Below, one piece after another: positions 13,420-27,068 of a stretch of 64,000 nucleotides of DNA. Source of the DNA: Octopus bimaculoides (taxonomy: Eukaryota); contig NC_068983.1 of NCBI RefSeq assembly GCF_001194135.2, positions 143,075,156 to 143,139,155 on the forward strand, written 5' to 3'. A program made the position numbers and the translations under genes. A model generated the notes under the pieces. The model did no database searches, was not told the DNA's origin, and saw only the letters and a program-made list of their open reading frames with translations. Positions within the stretch are counted from its first letter, which is position 1. Each line of letters opens with the position of its first letter.

Positions 13420-14691
13420 CATTAAATATGCTTGGATATGATTTGGGAGAAAACTTGGCGGGTATTTTTTAACAGGCTGAGCAACTATGTAGAGGGTTCT
13501 CTCGTTGGTTCATATGTATTGTATGGGGTTGTAGATCATAATATAAACGAGGAACTATGTAAGTTAGATAGGGTATGAAAGGCAGCGCTCATGAATGACT
13601 TTTGTTGACGTTCCTAAACTATGAGATTGATGCTGTTGATTCCTTGGGTGAACATCAGCGGATCAATGTCTGCCGATAAGAGTGTGGAAAGGCATTAGGA
13701 GTCTGCTCTGAATGCTTACAACAGAATGAACTCCATTGAAGGCACCTAAGAACTACGTGAACCAGGTAGAGAGTTAGTTCTTCCATCCTCGGAAAAGCGA
13801 AAAAGGCTATATTTTGTTGTGGTATTATCACATGGGAAATTTGTTCAACTAAGTATGAATTATTAGTTTTTAGGCAAGAGGCATTTCTATTTTTCAATGG
13901 TATTACACAGTAAATGGTTCCAACCAAAGAGTGCTGGAAATAGGTCATGGATTCAAAATCTTTGAGTTATTGCTGCTCCACACATGTCACAATATTGACG
14001 AAATAACAATAAAAATAAATCGAAAATATAAATTAATTTTCCTTTATTTCTCAAGGGAATATATTTCTTTCTGTAAAATTTCACGGATAATTATAAATTT
14101 AACACGGAAATGTTACTACAATATAAATTATTAGTTTTAACTGCATTTGTCCGCAAAAACCATGGTTAATTTTGGTTGTAGGATCAAAGTTATGAAAATT
14201 AAAGCAATTTCATTATCAGCAGAACTCGTGAAATTATAAAGGAAAATTTCATAAAATAAAAAAATAATTTTAAATTATCCCACACACAAAAAAAAAACCA
14301 ACACGCGTGTGTGGGTGTATGTGTGAGAATATCTATCTATCTATCTATATCTATATATATATATGGTGTATATAGATATTTATAAATGTATGCGTGTCTC
14401 TCTCACTCTCTGTATATATTACATATGCAAATAAAAATGTATGAAGTTATGTGTGTATTTGTGCTATAACGGTGCAACTAAATCTAACTTGAAAATGGTA
14501 AATACTTCAAACATTCATCAACAGTCTGGAATGTTATTGATTATTTATTTATTTCTTTATATTTGCATAGCTTTTCGTTCTGTCAGGAGCAGGAGGCAAA
14601 AACAACAAATTGAATTCTCCCTCTCCTTTCTACATGTCTTTTTAAACGATACAATTGCAGTATAAAATATTTGTTTTGTATCAATTTCTAA

Positions 14692-14957
14692 NNNNNNNNN
14701 NNNNNNNNNNNNNNNNNNNNNNNNNNNNNNNNNNNNNNNNNNNNNNNNNNNNNNNNNNNNNNNNNNNNNNNNNNNNNNNNNNNNNNNNNNNNNNNNNNNN
14801 NNNNNNNNNNNNNNNNNNNNNNNNNNNNNNNNNNNNNNNNNNNNNNNNNNNNNNNNNNNNNNNNNNNNNNNNNNNNNNNNNNNNNNNNNNNNNNNNNNNN
14901 NNNNNNNNNNNNNNNNNNNNNNNNNNNNNNNNNNNNNNNNNNNNNNNNNNNNNNNNN
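14692..14957. other. Assembly gap (others at 1201..1344, 25224..25274, 58571..58611)
   Basis: Runs of N. Confidence 0.99.
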
Positions 14958-15899
14958 CCAAGGTGATGCTTTTAACCAAAACACATTAAACATCTTCATT
15001 GGATATATTCATTGAGGTGAGTTCAATAAAAGTTTGTTGGTAGAAAAAGAAATATTAAAAAAAAAAGAGAGATTATTTCTTATACGGGCGCAAAATCTAA
15101 GATTTATTCAAACGAGAAGAAAAGTTAGTTATGATGTTCATAACTTCTCCCTCCCTGCAAGTGCCCGAGTACGTGCATAATTGTATGAATTAAGAAAATA
15201 CAAAATATATAGGTTAAAGATAAATTTTGAATGAGAAAATATGAAGTTGAGATGTTCAAGCATTTCCAAAAGGCATTAACAATATCTAATATTAGCGAAG
15301 GGCCACGAATTTGTACGGGAACGGTGTAAGTCAACTGAATCGAACCCTGTGATAGTCATATTATCGATCAGGCGAGGATGAAAAGCCAAGTCGTTCCGAG
15401 CAGGATTTGAATGTATAAGGGCAGAAAGTCTATCACTCTATCGCTTTGTAAAAACATGTTTTCAAAATGTATATGAAATTATGTGATATTTACACTTTTC
15501 CCCGAAGAGAAGAATGCAGGAAAATAATTTAAATTTCTCTTCGTGAATAAATCTTAGGTCTTGTTATTGAACTTGTTACTATCATAACGATAAAATTAAC
15601 TGTTCATCCTATATGTAGAATGTTTACATGAAAAAATAACAAAACAAAAACAATATGTACATATTGTTTTTTTTTCATGCATGTGTGTATGTATGCATAA
15701 TTATATCCAATTGAGAAAAGAAAGGGAGAAAATGAGAAAGACAAAAATTACATAAATATGTAATGTATGTTTAGTCAAAGGTGTGGATAGATGCTGTGTT
15801 GTTTAAATGTAAGCACGCAAGTGAAGGAAATCAAACTGACGCAAAAATGATGAATCAGAAAAAAAGATACATAAATTGATAATCTGGTTAGTGAATCTA

Positions 15900-16106
15900 A
15901 AGCAGAAAGTGAGTGTATAACGATTATTGATATTGATAGAAGGCTGTGAGTGGTAGAGTTGGTGCGAATGATTAAAGTTTTGGCGCTGGTTGAATCAGAG
16001 TTGTGTCCCCTTGCTGCGAATCTCTGTCAGAAAGTTAATATTGCCGCAGTAGTTAATGGTCTTGTTTCATAGAAGAGACAGGCTGGAGTCTACTGCTTTG
16101 GTAAGT
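15900..16106 (+). other. Possible exon ending in a consensus donor
   Basis: Non-repetitive, more GC-balanced stretch ending in TTG|GTAAGT at 16100/16101; no ORF. Confidence 0.2.
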
Positions 16107-18539
16107 ACTGGCTTTTCTTACATTCTCTCTTGCAATAAACAGCACTTTTCAACGGACGAAACATAAAAACAAAACAAAGAAAAAAAACAAAAAACACCGC
16201 AACTTTCATCGCGGCTCTTTGACTCGTGCATAGTTGCTATTGTTTTTCTCTTTTAAATTAATATTTCTATATTAGAAGAGAAAAAGAAAAAAAAAATAAT
16301 AAAAGAAGTCAATTTGTTTATTTACTGTTTATGTATGTTGTGTATGGGGATTCAGTTTTGCTGTTGTTTTCATCCTTCAAACTTACCGCAGTTTTTTTTT
16401 TGTTTTCTTTTCCCTTTTTTGCCTTTATTATTATTTTTACACGGATATATGAAGAAAGAAAAAATATTAATTTTTCTTAATTTCTCATCCCTCGGGGCAA
16501 ACTTAATTTTGATAGATTTCTTTGATTAAATTTTTTTTTTATAAAAAGTTTTTATTTCTTTGAATCCTTCTTATCTTTGATTTTAGTGATATAAACAATA
16601 TCCAACAACAAAACTCCTCAAACTTCTGTTGCTATAACTTTCTGTTGCATTTTCCGCAATTCTAAAACCGTTTCATTCATTTTTCTGTTGAGCATAAAAA
16701 AAACAAAAAAACTACTCTTGCTTCAAATACATGTTTTCACCAATTCACTCAGATATTTTCATAAGCAGAACAAATATTTTCCTATACTTCCAATTATTAT
16801 TGAATTAATTTATTAAAAATCTAAGCTAATCTTTATTACTGTACATTTCATTATATTGTTTGATGTGCGCGCCTGCATAATAATAGAACCCGCTTTTACC
16901 AAATTTACAAGACTGATCTCTCCAAAAATCAATTTACCTCTTCTGGTTAAGAACAACATTTTGATAATTATTTGTTTTTGTATCGATATACGCTTTCAGT
17001 GTATTTCTACTTCATATCCATCAAACGCCCAACTTTATTTATTCAACCTCTTCAACTATATTAATTTTTAAAAATTATCTGTTCAATTGCTCTTGTCCAT
17101 TTAAAATTCTCATAAATTCATTTAAAATTTCTTTTGAATTCATTTTAGATTTCTCTTACTAATTCGGTTTCTTACCCGAGAAATTTAACATTAAAACCAA
17201 AATCTTTACTGCAATTGTTTAATTTCAACTTTTTGTTTTTATCGAAAATTCTTTGCATCTGTATTCTATTGGATTTCCCAAATTGTATTTGATTGCACGC
17301 TAGCATGACACTCGTATGTTTATCTTCGGTTGGTAGCCATGTGGCTAGGTTTGACAACGGAATTTTACTTCACCTCGACAGTTTTGCGTATGTCCATGTG
17401 TACGTGCGTGCGCGTGTGTATGTGTGTGTGTGTGCGCGTGTGTATGTGTGTGTGCGTGCGCGCGTGTATGCGCGCGTCCGTGTGGTACAATGCGGATTTA
17501 CTTTAAACTGGAGGGAACTTGCCAGCCAGTTGTTACGCATCCTTCTATCACCATCTATCCCTTTTAGATCATATCTTTTCTCTTTTCGAACCCCTCTTTT
17601 TTTTTAATTTTTTATATTCATTTAAATAATTTTGATTTTGCCGTTCTAAATCTTAGTCTTGGGTTTCTCAATATGCTTAAAAAGCAAAACAATGAAACAA
17701 ACTTTCTCTCTAAAATGAAATAATCAGTTCTGGTTTCAAAGTAATATATACTGAAAAGCTCAACTAACTGGGGCCTTTCCTTTCCTTTCCTTTCACTTTA
17801 TCTTTCTTAGTAGATTCTCAATAGTTTTCCATACTTTTTTGTTTTCATTTATGTGAGAAATTTTGATAACTTTTCTGTTTATCCCACGTCTTTCCAAGTT
17901 CCTAATTTTATATACACACACATTCATGCGCATGATTTACAAAAGTTTGATAAAACAAAGTGTTGAAGAGATTAAGAAACGTGCTTTGGCAGTCGGCAAA
18001 CCTTCGTATCTATTTAATCGAAGTTGAATCATATTCCTACCGTGTCTAAACGGCTATCACTGGGTGGGTGACGTTGGCTTCTCTTTAAAATTAATTTAAT
18101 TTTTTTGTAACAAGTTTTTGGCCCATCACTTTTTTTATTGTTTCATTCAGAGTAAAAAAAAAAAAAAAAAAGATCGTTGCCTTTCGAAATTATTTAAGGT
18201 AATTCTATTCTATTTACTTATCAATTTTGAAATCACGCACTTCCATAGCTTTTCCGCTCATCATATCTCTTCAACTTAAAATAATACTACTGATTCGCAA
18301 TTTATATATTGTGTACAGGCACACACATTCGATAGCTGTTCTGCTCATCTCATTCATTTAATTATAAATATCACAGTCCCAGTTCTATATGCTTATACAG
18401 TTTGTGTATGTATAGTCGACAAATACACACACATGTGTACACTTTAATGCAGGTTATATGCATGCAATATGTACTCATTAGATTCACAATATCCGCACAC
18501 TTGTATGCAACACACAACAATCAAACATACTTTTAGTAG

Positions 18540-18757
18540 ATATATATGTGTGTGTGTGAAGTTTTTAATCAGCAGAAATTATAAAGCATGGCACTTATCA
18601 AATATATGTACATCCACGCGGATATATATATATATATACACACATACACACACACGTGTATGTATGCGTGTGTATGTGCATATATATATATGCGTATGTG
18701 TATGTATATATATATATATGTATGTGTATATAATATATATGCGTATGTGTATGTATA

Positions 18758-18818
<61 letters not shown>

Positions 18819-19016
18819 ATATATATATACACACACACACACACACACGTGTATGTAATATACATATATACACACACGTATGTGTGTGTATGCATGTACA
18901 TGTGTTTTTGTTTGTGCGTGTATATATACATATATATATATACATACACACACAAACTATATATATATGTGTGTGTGTGTTTATACATATATATACATAC
19001 ACACACACACACACAC
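18540..19016. repeat. Compound (AT)/(GT)/(AC) microsatellite block
   Basis: Direct inspection; source of the YIYI/CVCV pseudo-ORFs. Confidence 0.95.
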
Positions 19017-19547
19017 TGATTATATGCCTTACAGATTACATACTAACGCATCAAAAGACTGTCACAAACCCTTGCTGCTTTTCTTTCCCCCCTTCCCCTC
19101 CGATGTTCTCTTCTTTCGCATTTATTTATTTAACCCAGCACACACACTATGCTCCGATCAACTTCGTGCTGGGATCATTATAACACGGAGGGCCATTTTG
19201 AATGACTACCGATATCATCTTACGATACTTTGTTCCATGAAAGAACTCTGTCATGCTCTGCCGCTTTACTTCGCTTCAATAATGACCAAAAACTTCTCCC
19301 TTCTAACACTTAACCCACCCCCAACGCTTCGTCGCTGTTTCGCTGTCGGTTCTCTTGCTCTTTTCTGAGAAAGTCGCGCAATGTCTAATATTTAAAGAAC
19401 CCCAGAAGTTTTGCTAATACAGTCATCCTCCCAACCCTATCCATACCTCGCCGTCTCATCGCTTTCCCTTTTGTATCAATCTTTTACTTTTTATTAATAT
19501 TCTCCTTCATCCACTTGAGATAGCTTTTTCAAGTAACCAGTTTTGAC

Positions 19548-19597
<50 letters not shown>

Positions 19598-20129
19598 CGT
19601 GAGCGCATGTCAAATCTCATTATTTCGGATGTCTGTATATGTATAAGGATGTAAATGTATGTGTGTGTGCACGTTTATTTATGTAGGGGCTGTCGTAGCT
19701 GTCTAGTTGAGAAGTTTGACAACCTTCTGGTTCCAAGTTCGGTCTCATTGCGTGGCAGGCACTTTAGTTGGTATGAGTCCATCCGTGATATTTGCCCGAG
19801 ATACCACACAATGGAATTGAACCTGGGACCTCGTGGTTGCCGAGCGAACTTAGCTATTCAGCCGCTCTGCAACCTGAAACGGAATCAATCAAGTATTTGA
19901 TAGCTATTGAATACTGTTCTGTTCAAACGGCTTCTGAGCCGTTCCATCATATCTTCGTTGAACTAGAGGCTACATATCAACTATTCAATAACATCATCAT
20001 CAACTACTACTACTACTACTACTCGTCATGATTTAGTATGAATCACAACCCCCTGGAGCTGACACATGCCACTAACCAACCCCATGCTATCAATATGAGT
20101 ATAAAAACGAAAACATTAGTAAGAGGGTG

Positions 20130-20285
20130 AGACCTGTGTTGTTTGTTAACCCTGGGTTTATCCTGATCTAATGGAGCTTATGATCAAAGGTGTTCCAGCC
20201 ACAGCCGCCCTGCCTTTTCTTTTAAGCACGTTGCGTCTAATAAGAAGATTTAGCTGCTGTTTCTACTGCATCAAGTGACCACATA
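20130..20285. repeat. Representative of an abundant unclassified interspersed repeat
   Basis: Motifs atgatcaaaggtgttccagc and gatttagctgctgtttcta recur at about 235..420, 8020..8150, 12900..13040 plus 13420..13500, 20700..20930, 29000..29260, 33100..33380, 35640..35790, 36880..36990, 38180..38560, 43250..43400, 44650..44720, 47640..47870, 48760..48870, 53330..53520. Confidence 0.65.
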
Positions 20286-23200
20286 ATCGACCAAGGAAAT
20301 TCTGCGCAGTCCCTCAATCTGCTGGAAATAACAGTCTATTCTTCCTCATCACTCCCGACTGTCTTGAAGGCAAGAAGATACTGTCGTGCTAAATACTCCT
20401 AAAAGGACGAAATGGTTACAGCTGGAATGTCTCTGGTTATATGTCTTTTTGTAGGTTTAACAACAGCTTTCAGGCTCTGAATAGATAATTCGGTGGATTG
20501 ATGAATTTCAATTATTCAGTGGGAGATGACTGATATTTTTCGATCGCAAAACCTTTCATTGGATTTCATTCGTTTGAAGCTATCTCCTTCATAAAGAAGT
20601 TGTAGTTAATGGAAGACCTGAGGGACTGCGGCACTAACGGACGTTTTTTTGTCAGAAATGTTATTAATTTCATTAAGTCTTCTTAGTCTTCGTCGGCACA
20701 TCAGTGCTAATGATAAGGATGGTTTAGTTCCAGATCAGCTTTGGCTGAGCAGACCTATGATCAGTTACATTTCAGCCGTGGAAAATTCAACCTTTTGCAT
20801 ATGGAAGACTATATTAGTTCATGTTCTTACTGCTTTCTTGTTTCTTTTTATAATTTTTTTTCCAGACGATAGGGTATGATTTAAGGGGATTTGTCTCTTC
20901 TTGCAGGTCAGGTGTCTGTTTAAAGATATCTGGTTTTATACATTGGTACAAGGCCAAGTAAGATTTCTGAAGGCATCTCCTGAACTTCTTTGGAATTTAG
21001 ATTAAACAGGAATTCTCCTGCGTCCTCATGTGTTTTTGGACTCTTAGTATCAGTTTCACCAACAGTCTATCATTCAGTTTTCCCTCATGGGTAGGAGCCC
21101 GTTGCTTCACAATCAACATTTTGCTTTCTTCTTCCTTCGATTTGTTCAGTATCTCCATCTGTTTCATCGTTGGCGATTCGAAGAACCATGAATTTCATAC
21201 TAACCCAGGAGGCAATAGGCTTTTCCTCTTGCGTCTTGCATTTCCTTTCTCTTTAGATTGTCGCCTTCGATTTCCTATGTCGTCCTCAGTCGGTTTCTGT
21301 CACTGAGAACGTTTCGTTTTTTCATATATTGCAACACCAGGTTGGTGAGGTGTATAGCACACCAGCTCTGCTTGTTTTCTTACCGAGTTCTCAGCTTGCC
21401 TTATAAATCAGGCAACACTTACATACGCCCTGTTCCGGTCTATGGAACATCGTTCCAAATATCGACAAAATGTTCAAGGGCATGTCTACTTTTCGAGAAA
21501 TAGAAATGTGTATTTTCTCTTATCTTTTCCTCCATGAATTCCCCAGACTATGAGGCACCGTTTTTTTGTGACATACCACCCGCCAGAATTCTTTTACTGT
21601 AGTTTATCTATGTCACCGGTTGGCTCGCAACGCCAGCAAAAGATATACTCATTTCTTTATTAGCTACTGAGGGCGCAACATAGTGGGGACAGTACATGTA
21701 CAGGTAAAGCAAGTGGGGACATAAAACAAAAGAATGAATGAAAAGCAAAGGATATACTACCATTGTTATTGAAAACATAGCTGATCACCACTTGTGTGCG
21801 TTAAAGTGCTGAAGTCTGTGTTGCAAATATATCCATTTGTGGAATTATCACTTTTTTTGAGTACTTTTGAAGTGTAATTGACTGCTTGTTGCCGTAATTT
21901 TTTTAATTGTACTTTTGTTTTCAAAATTTTCTTTGTGGACCTATCTGCTGCTACTATGTTTATGGTTAGCCAGAAGCTAGATACTTATAAACAATTTTTA
22001 CAGAAATATAAAAGGTATTTTTCTATCCCAAGGTAACTCTCAAAAGTTAATAAATCTAACTTTCTCTGGACCTGTGTTAAAGTTTTCTCGCGGAAAATAA
22101 TAATTGTTTCTAACGTAGGCACAAGGCCTAAATTTTACTGGGGCGAGGGGAGTTTTTGATTATATCAACCCTAGTACTTGAGTGGTACTTTATTTTATCA
22201 ACCCCGAGAATGAAAAGCAAAATTGATCTCTTTGGAATTTGAACTCAAAACGCAGAGGCGGATCAAATACCACAAACAAGTCTGACGCGTTAACAATTCA
22301 ATTTCTAACATAGGTATAGGTTCACAAATTTAGTGGAAGGTAACTGTCGATTATATCGATTCAAGTACCTGATTGATGATTGTAATGATATGGTATCATT
22401 TAAGAGATGTGATATTTTAAATCGGCGAGGTGAAAAGTCTAACTGGAGATTGAAACCGCGTTGTTTCTTCACCTTGTTAAGTTATCGATTTATCGTATGA
22501 TACGATGAAAGATATTCAGCGGTGACTATTTAAAAAAATTTTTTTTTACCCCAGACAGGTATCAGATCACATTATCCAATATTTCCTTTTCATTTTGAGG
22601 TGGTGGGCGGGGGCAGAATATGAGGAAGACGTTTTATCATTGGCTTACATTTTATATATTTACTTTTTTAAACTATTTATAGAGAGGAGAAGGAACCTCC
22701 GAAGCTGGTGGTGGGGAACTATTTTCAGACATGGGATTTGGCTCGAATGCTTTCAACGTCGGCAGCTTCAGGTGATAGTGTTAAAAGCGACCTTTTTATA
22801 TTACAGCCGAAAATTAAAAATTGTGAAAGTACAAACGGCAAAGTTTTGGAATAAGCACTTCTGGTTACTTAGTTTTAAAAACTTAATTTATTTGTATATT
22901 TTTGCAAACATTTCTTCGGATTCGTGTGTTTAAACGTTAGAGATTACGGTTCTGGAATTTTTTTTCCTCTAAGTTTGAAGTCTTTTTTTTTTTTTTCTTC
23001 CCCCCTTATAAGCTCTTTTTCTGCTTCAGAGTATGCAACTGGTTGTAAATCTTTTCATTTTGACTTTTTATTTCCCACGAGAAATTTTCTCCGTGAATTA
23101 TATATTTTAAACGTTGGAGATTTACGATTCCGAAGAGGGAACCCCCCCCTCCCCACAAAATCCTGCTATCTTTCGCGGACAGCTGTTGAAGTCATTCCTA

Positions 23201-23298
23201 TATTAGAACAAACATTACTATCCTTAAATATTTTGTAGAATTAGATATTTTATACGTCACATAATTATTAAACACATATATGTTGGATAACTTATGAA

Positions 23299-24009
23299 GG
23301 CGGCGAGATAGCAGAATCGTTAGCGATTCAGACAAAATGTTTGGCAACATTTCTTCCAACTCTTTACTTTCTGAGTTAAAATTCCGTCGAGGCCGACTTT
23401 GCTTTTCATCCTTGTTCTTTTGGGGGGGCGATAAAATAAGTACTAGTTGAGTACTGGCGTTGATGTAACCGACTTACCCGCTTTTCTATAATTAATGACC
23501 TTGCACCAAAACTAGAAAGAATTATTATCATTAAGGCGTCGAGAAGGCAGAATTGTTAGCGCGTTCTGAGTTCAAATTCTGCCGAGGTCGATTTTACCTT
23601 TCATCCTTTCTATATCGATAAAATAAGTACTCGATTTCCCTCTTCAAGCCTTGTGCCTTATCGTAGAAAGGATTAATATTATTATTATTGGCGAGCTGGC
23701 AAAATGCTAGGCAGTATTTCGTCCGTCTTCACATTCTGAGTTCAAATTCCGCTGAGGTCGACATTGCCTTTCATCCTTTCGGAGTCGATAAAATAAGTAC
23801 CAGCTGGGTTCTGAGGTCGATGTAATCGACTATCCCCCCCCCCACTCCCAAAATTTCAGGCCTTGTGCCTATAGTAGAAAGGATCATTCATTCATTCATC
23901 CTTTCGGGGTCGATAAAATAAGTACCAGTTAAACACTGGAGTCGATGTAATCGTCTAGCCTCTCTCCCCAAATTTCAATCCTTGTGCCTATAGTAGAAAG
24001 GATTATTAT
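23299..24009 (+). mobile_element. Head-to-tail array of about 4 copies of a third SINE family with (ATT)n tails
   Basis: Repeated ggcgagctggcagaat...ttctgagttcaaattc..ccgaggtcgac..tgcctttcatcctttcggggtcgataaaataagtacc...ccttgtgcctatagtagaaaggattatt. Confidence 0.88.
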
Positions 24010-24712
24010 AGGAAAGTTTGATACCATATCAAATACGTTTTTTTTTTTAAATACTTGTTTCAATTTGTATTGCATATTATATTGATTCGAGTTTATGGCC
24101 GTAATTTTTATTTGCTGTTAAATCGGGTGACTGATTAAGACTATAAGTCTCCCTCCCCACAAAAATGAATCTGTTTGCCAAATTTCTCTCGCAAGGACTT
24201 GATCACATTGGAGCTATGATAGAAGAGAGACATTCGTCCAATGTATTGCGCTGTAGGATTCAATTCCAAATCACATAGTTTTAAAGCGAACTCCTTATCC
24301 AAACGGAGACTTACAACTTCTTAAACACAAACCAAGATAACATTTAAAACGTGAATACAGTGGCTACTCTGTGCAGTCCGAACATTCCGCCTACCTCTCG
24401 CAAGCCATTCCTCAAACCGGAACGAAGCTTGAAATTATTGGTATCATAGGTACAATGAAGAATTTTTATCACCTAATTATCCGTATGTGCAGTGTGTAAT
24501 TTTTTTCTCTCCTATAATTAGATTCTGAACTTCAAAAAGATAGAGGGTTAGAACATGCTTAAGTACATCGCCTTGAATGGTTTTAGTTAAAGTAATCGAC
24601 CCCAGATCTCATTTTTTAAGCCTGGGATTTATTCTATTGGTCTCTATGTCGAACCGCTAGGTTACGTGGGGGGTAAGCAAACCAACACCAGGTGTCAAGC
24701 TATGGCGACACT

Positions 24713-24745
<33 letters not shown>

Positions 24746-24746
<1 letters not shown>

Positions 24747-25129
24747 AATGTTACAAGTATAAAGTGTGTTACGAGCATTTATAGAACACGTATCCTATAG
24801 AAACTAAAAAAACATTTAAAGATGGAGAAGAGAAGGTGTTAAAAGTTTTAAAAAGATTTAATCCATGCATACGATCGTTTCGAACGGTAATATTAACATG
24901 TAAATAACATAGTAAAATATTAGAAACTAATTTAATTTAATTATAGTTATAATTAAATTAATTTCTAATTTTTTACCATGTTATTTACATGTTAATATTA
25001 ACGATCGCATGCATGGATTAAATCTTTTTAAAACATTTAACACATTCTCTTCTCCATCCTTGTTTTTTGAGTTTCTATGGGATACGTGTTCTATAAATGC
25101 TCATAACACACCTTATACTTGTAACATTT
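24746..25129. repeat. Near-complete 384-bp foldback (palindromic MITE)
   Basis: aaatgttacaagtata...ttaatccatgcat...aatattaacatgtaaataacat mirrored around aattatagttataatt at about 24946. Confidence 0.9.
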
Positions 25130-25313
25130 TCATAAACTACCAATGTAATATGAAGAATCTTTATTAGAAATCGACCATTGGAACCTTTTAAAGTAAAGGA
25201 TGAAACAGAACTCAACCTTTTCTNNNNNNNNNNNNNNNNNNNNNNNNNNNNNNNNNNNNNNNNNNNNNNNNNNNTATATATATATATATATATTAGAAGA
25301 TGACAGACTTCGC

Positions 25314-25488
25314 GGATCTTTCTGATTTGGCGGGCGCCACTTTTTATCTATGTTTTATTTAGTGTGTTTACTACCGAAACACTTTCAAACTTCGTATACT
25401 TGTATATTTTGTGTTATAGAACATAAAAAATGTTGTATTCTAAGTCATTTCATGTAAAAAATTGTATTTCGGCTTCTCAGAAAGATCC
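25314..25488. mobile_element. Short relative of the 29.9-kb element
   Basis: Shares ctttcaaacttcgtatactt...ttttgtgttatagaaca...tttcatgtaaaaaattgt with 29960-30050; ends ggatctttctga / tcagaaagatcc. Confidence 0.65.
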
Positions 25489-26721
25489 GTTTTCTCATCA
25501 AATCGACTTACTAGGCTTTCGTTGGCCTAAGACTATAGAAGACATTTTCCTTTAAACTACAATACCAGGGTAGTATTACAACGTTGGTACATCACACCCG
25601 CTGTACCTCTGGTAAAGGCATGCAGTACCAGGCTTAAACTGAGTAATAACTAGTATTTTCGTTAATTTATGTCTGAGTTGTGCACATTAGGATTAGGACT
25701 TCTTGCCGATTTCAACAATTTTAGTTTTACCTTCTGAGAATTTAAGTGTTTCATGTATAACCAAAACGTTTCGTTAGATTTTACTGCCAAACGGAGCGAA
25801 TTTGCTAACCGGACAGGACACCGGAACAGACTGGAACTCTACCTTGAACTCTCAAACTATGACGTATGATAAACCTACCCATACAAAAAAATATTTAAAT
25901 AAATCAAGTATATAAGGATATCTGAAATGTTTATGACATCCAGTTGTATTATTTTTTTCTCTTTTCATTATTAAAAACGGGATTTTGATTTTCTACTTCA
26001 ATTGCAGTTTTAAACTTGTATTATATTTAAAATTTTACTATCAATATCAAACAGCAAAATGGATAAAAGAAAATGGACTAGTATTAAATCTGACTTTTTT
26101 GATTGCTAAAAATTAAACAAGAGCTTTATATAAATATAGGTGTATATGTATGTATGTATTATCTCTCTCTCTGTAGAGAGAGAGAGAGAGAGAGAAAGAG
26201 TAGACGCTTATCGCGTTAATGTTAGCAAACAGTGTTATCAAGATTTGTGGGTTCCGAACACGCTCTGGCTTTGAAATCGTCGGTTTCATGTTATCAACCA
26301 ATTATTACTACCATCATCTGAAAATGAATCCGTCCAAAAGTGATTTCAGTTAATAGGCGTTGTGTGAGCGTGTATATGCACGTAAATCTATTTATCTATC
26401 TATCTGTATGCAGTAGAGAGATCTAAAAATATAGGTAATAATGCATTTGTTTACAAATATACACGAATACGTGCATATGCCCTGCACACACATATGTATA
26501 TATATCTTATTAATGGTTATATGCATATATGTATTTGTAGAAATACATGTTTACATTTATATATATTTAAATATGAGCACACACAGATGTGTATTTACGT
26601 AGATTTTTAATTTCCCTTTCACGTCTGTTTCCAATACCACTGAAATTTACTGAGAAAGTAAATATTTTAAATTTTCATTTAGTTGCAGTGCACCCGAGTA
26701 CTGGATGTATAAGCTACATCA

Positions 26722-27068
26722 GAGAAAATGCTTCGTGGCATTTCTTCCGACACATTACGTTCCGAGTTCAAATTTTGACTACGCCTTTCATCGTTTCGGG
26801 GTCGATGTAACCGACTGAGCTCTCTTTCCCCAAACTTTTGGGCCTTGTGCCTATAATAGAAAGGATTATTGTACATCGGATAAAATGCTTAGCTGCATTT
26901 CTTCCGAAACATGACATTCTGCGTTCAAATTCCGCCGAGGTTGATTTTGCTTTTCCTTCTTCCACAGTCGATAAGTACCAGTTGAGTATTGGGGTCGATG
27001 CAATCGACTAGCCCCCTCCTTCAATATTTTCAGGCCTTGTGCCTCTAGTAGAAAGGATAATAATAATA
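26722..27068 (+). mobile_element. Two tandem copies of the (ATT)n-tailed SINE
   Basis: Same consensus as 23299..24009. Confidence 0.82.

Noticed and set aside
14557-14999. ORFs over 100 aa spanning X runs
   Set aside because: Length is created by the assembly gap.
18880-19368. 162-aa ORF with a non-repetitive C-terminal half
   Set aside because: Starts inside a microsatellite and has no motif or coding-like composition.
21275-21320. Minus-strand CGAAAC...CTGAGGA resembling a type II hammerhead
   Set aside because: No closing pair for stem II, and the ctcagt/actgag hairpin sequesters the core.
23299-24009. Regularly recurring repeat units resembling a CRISPR array
   Set aside because: Units are about 200-bp diverged SINE copies without unique spacers, in a eukaryotic context with no cas genes.
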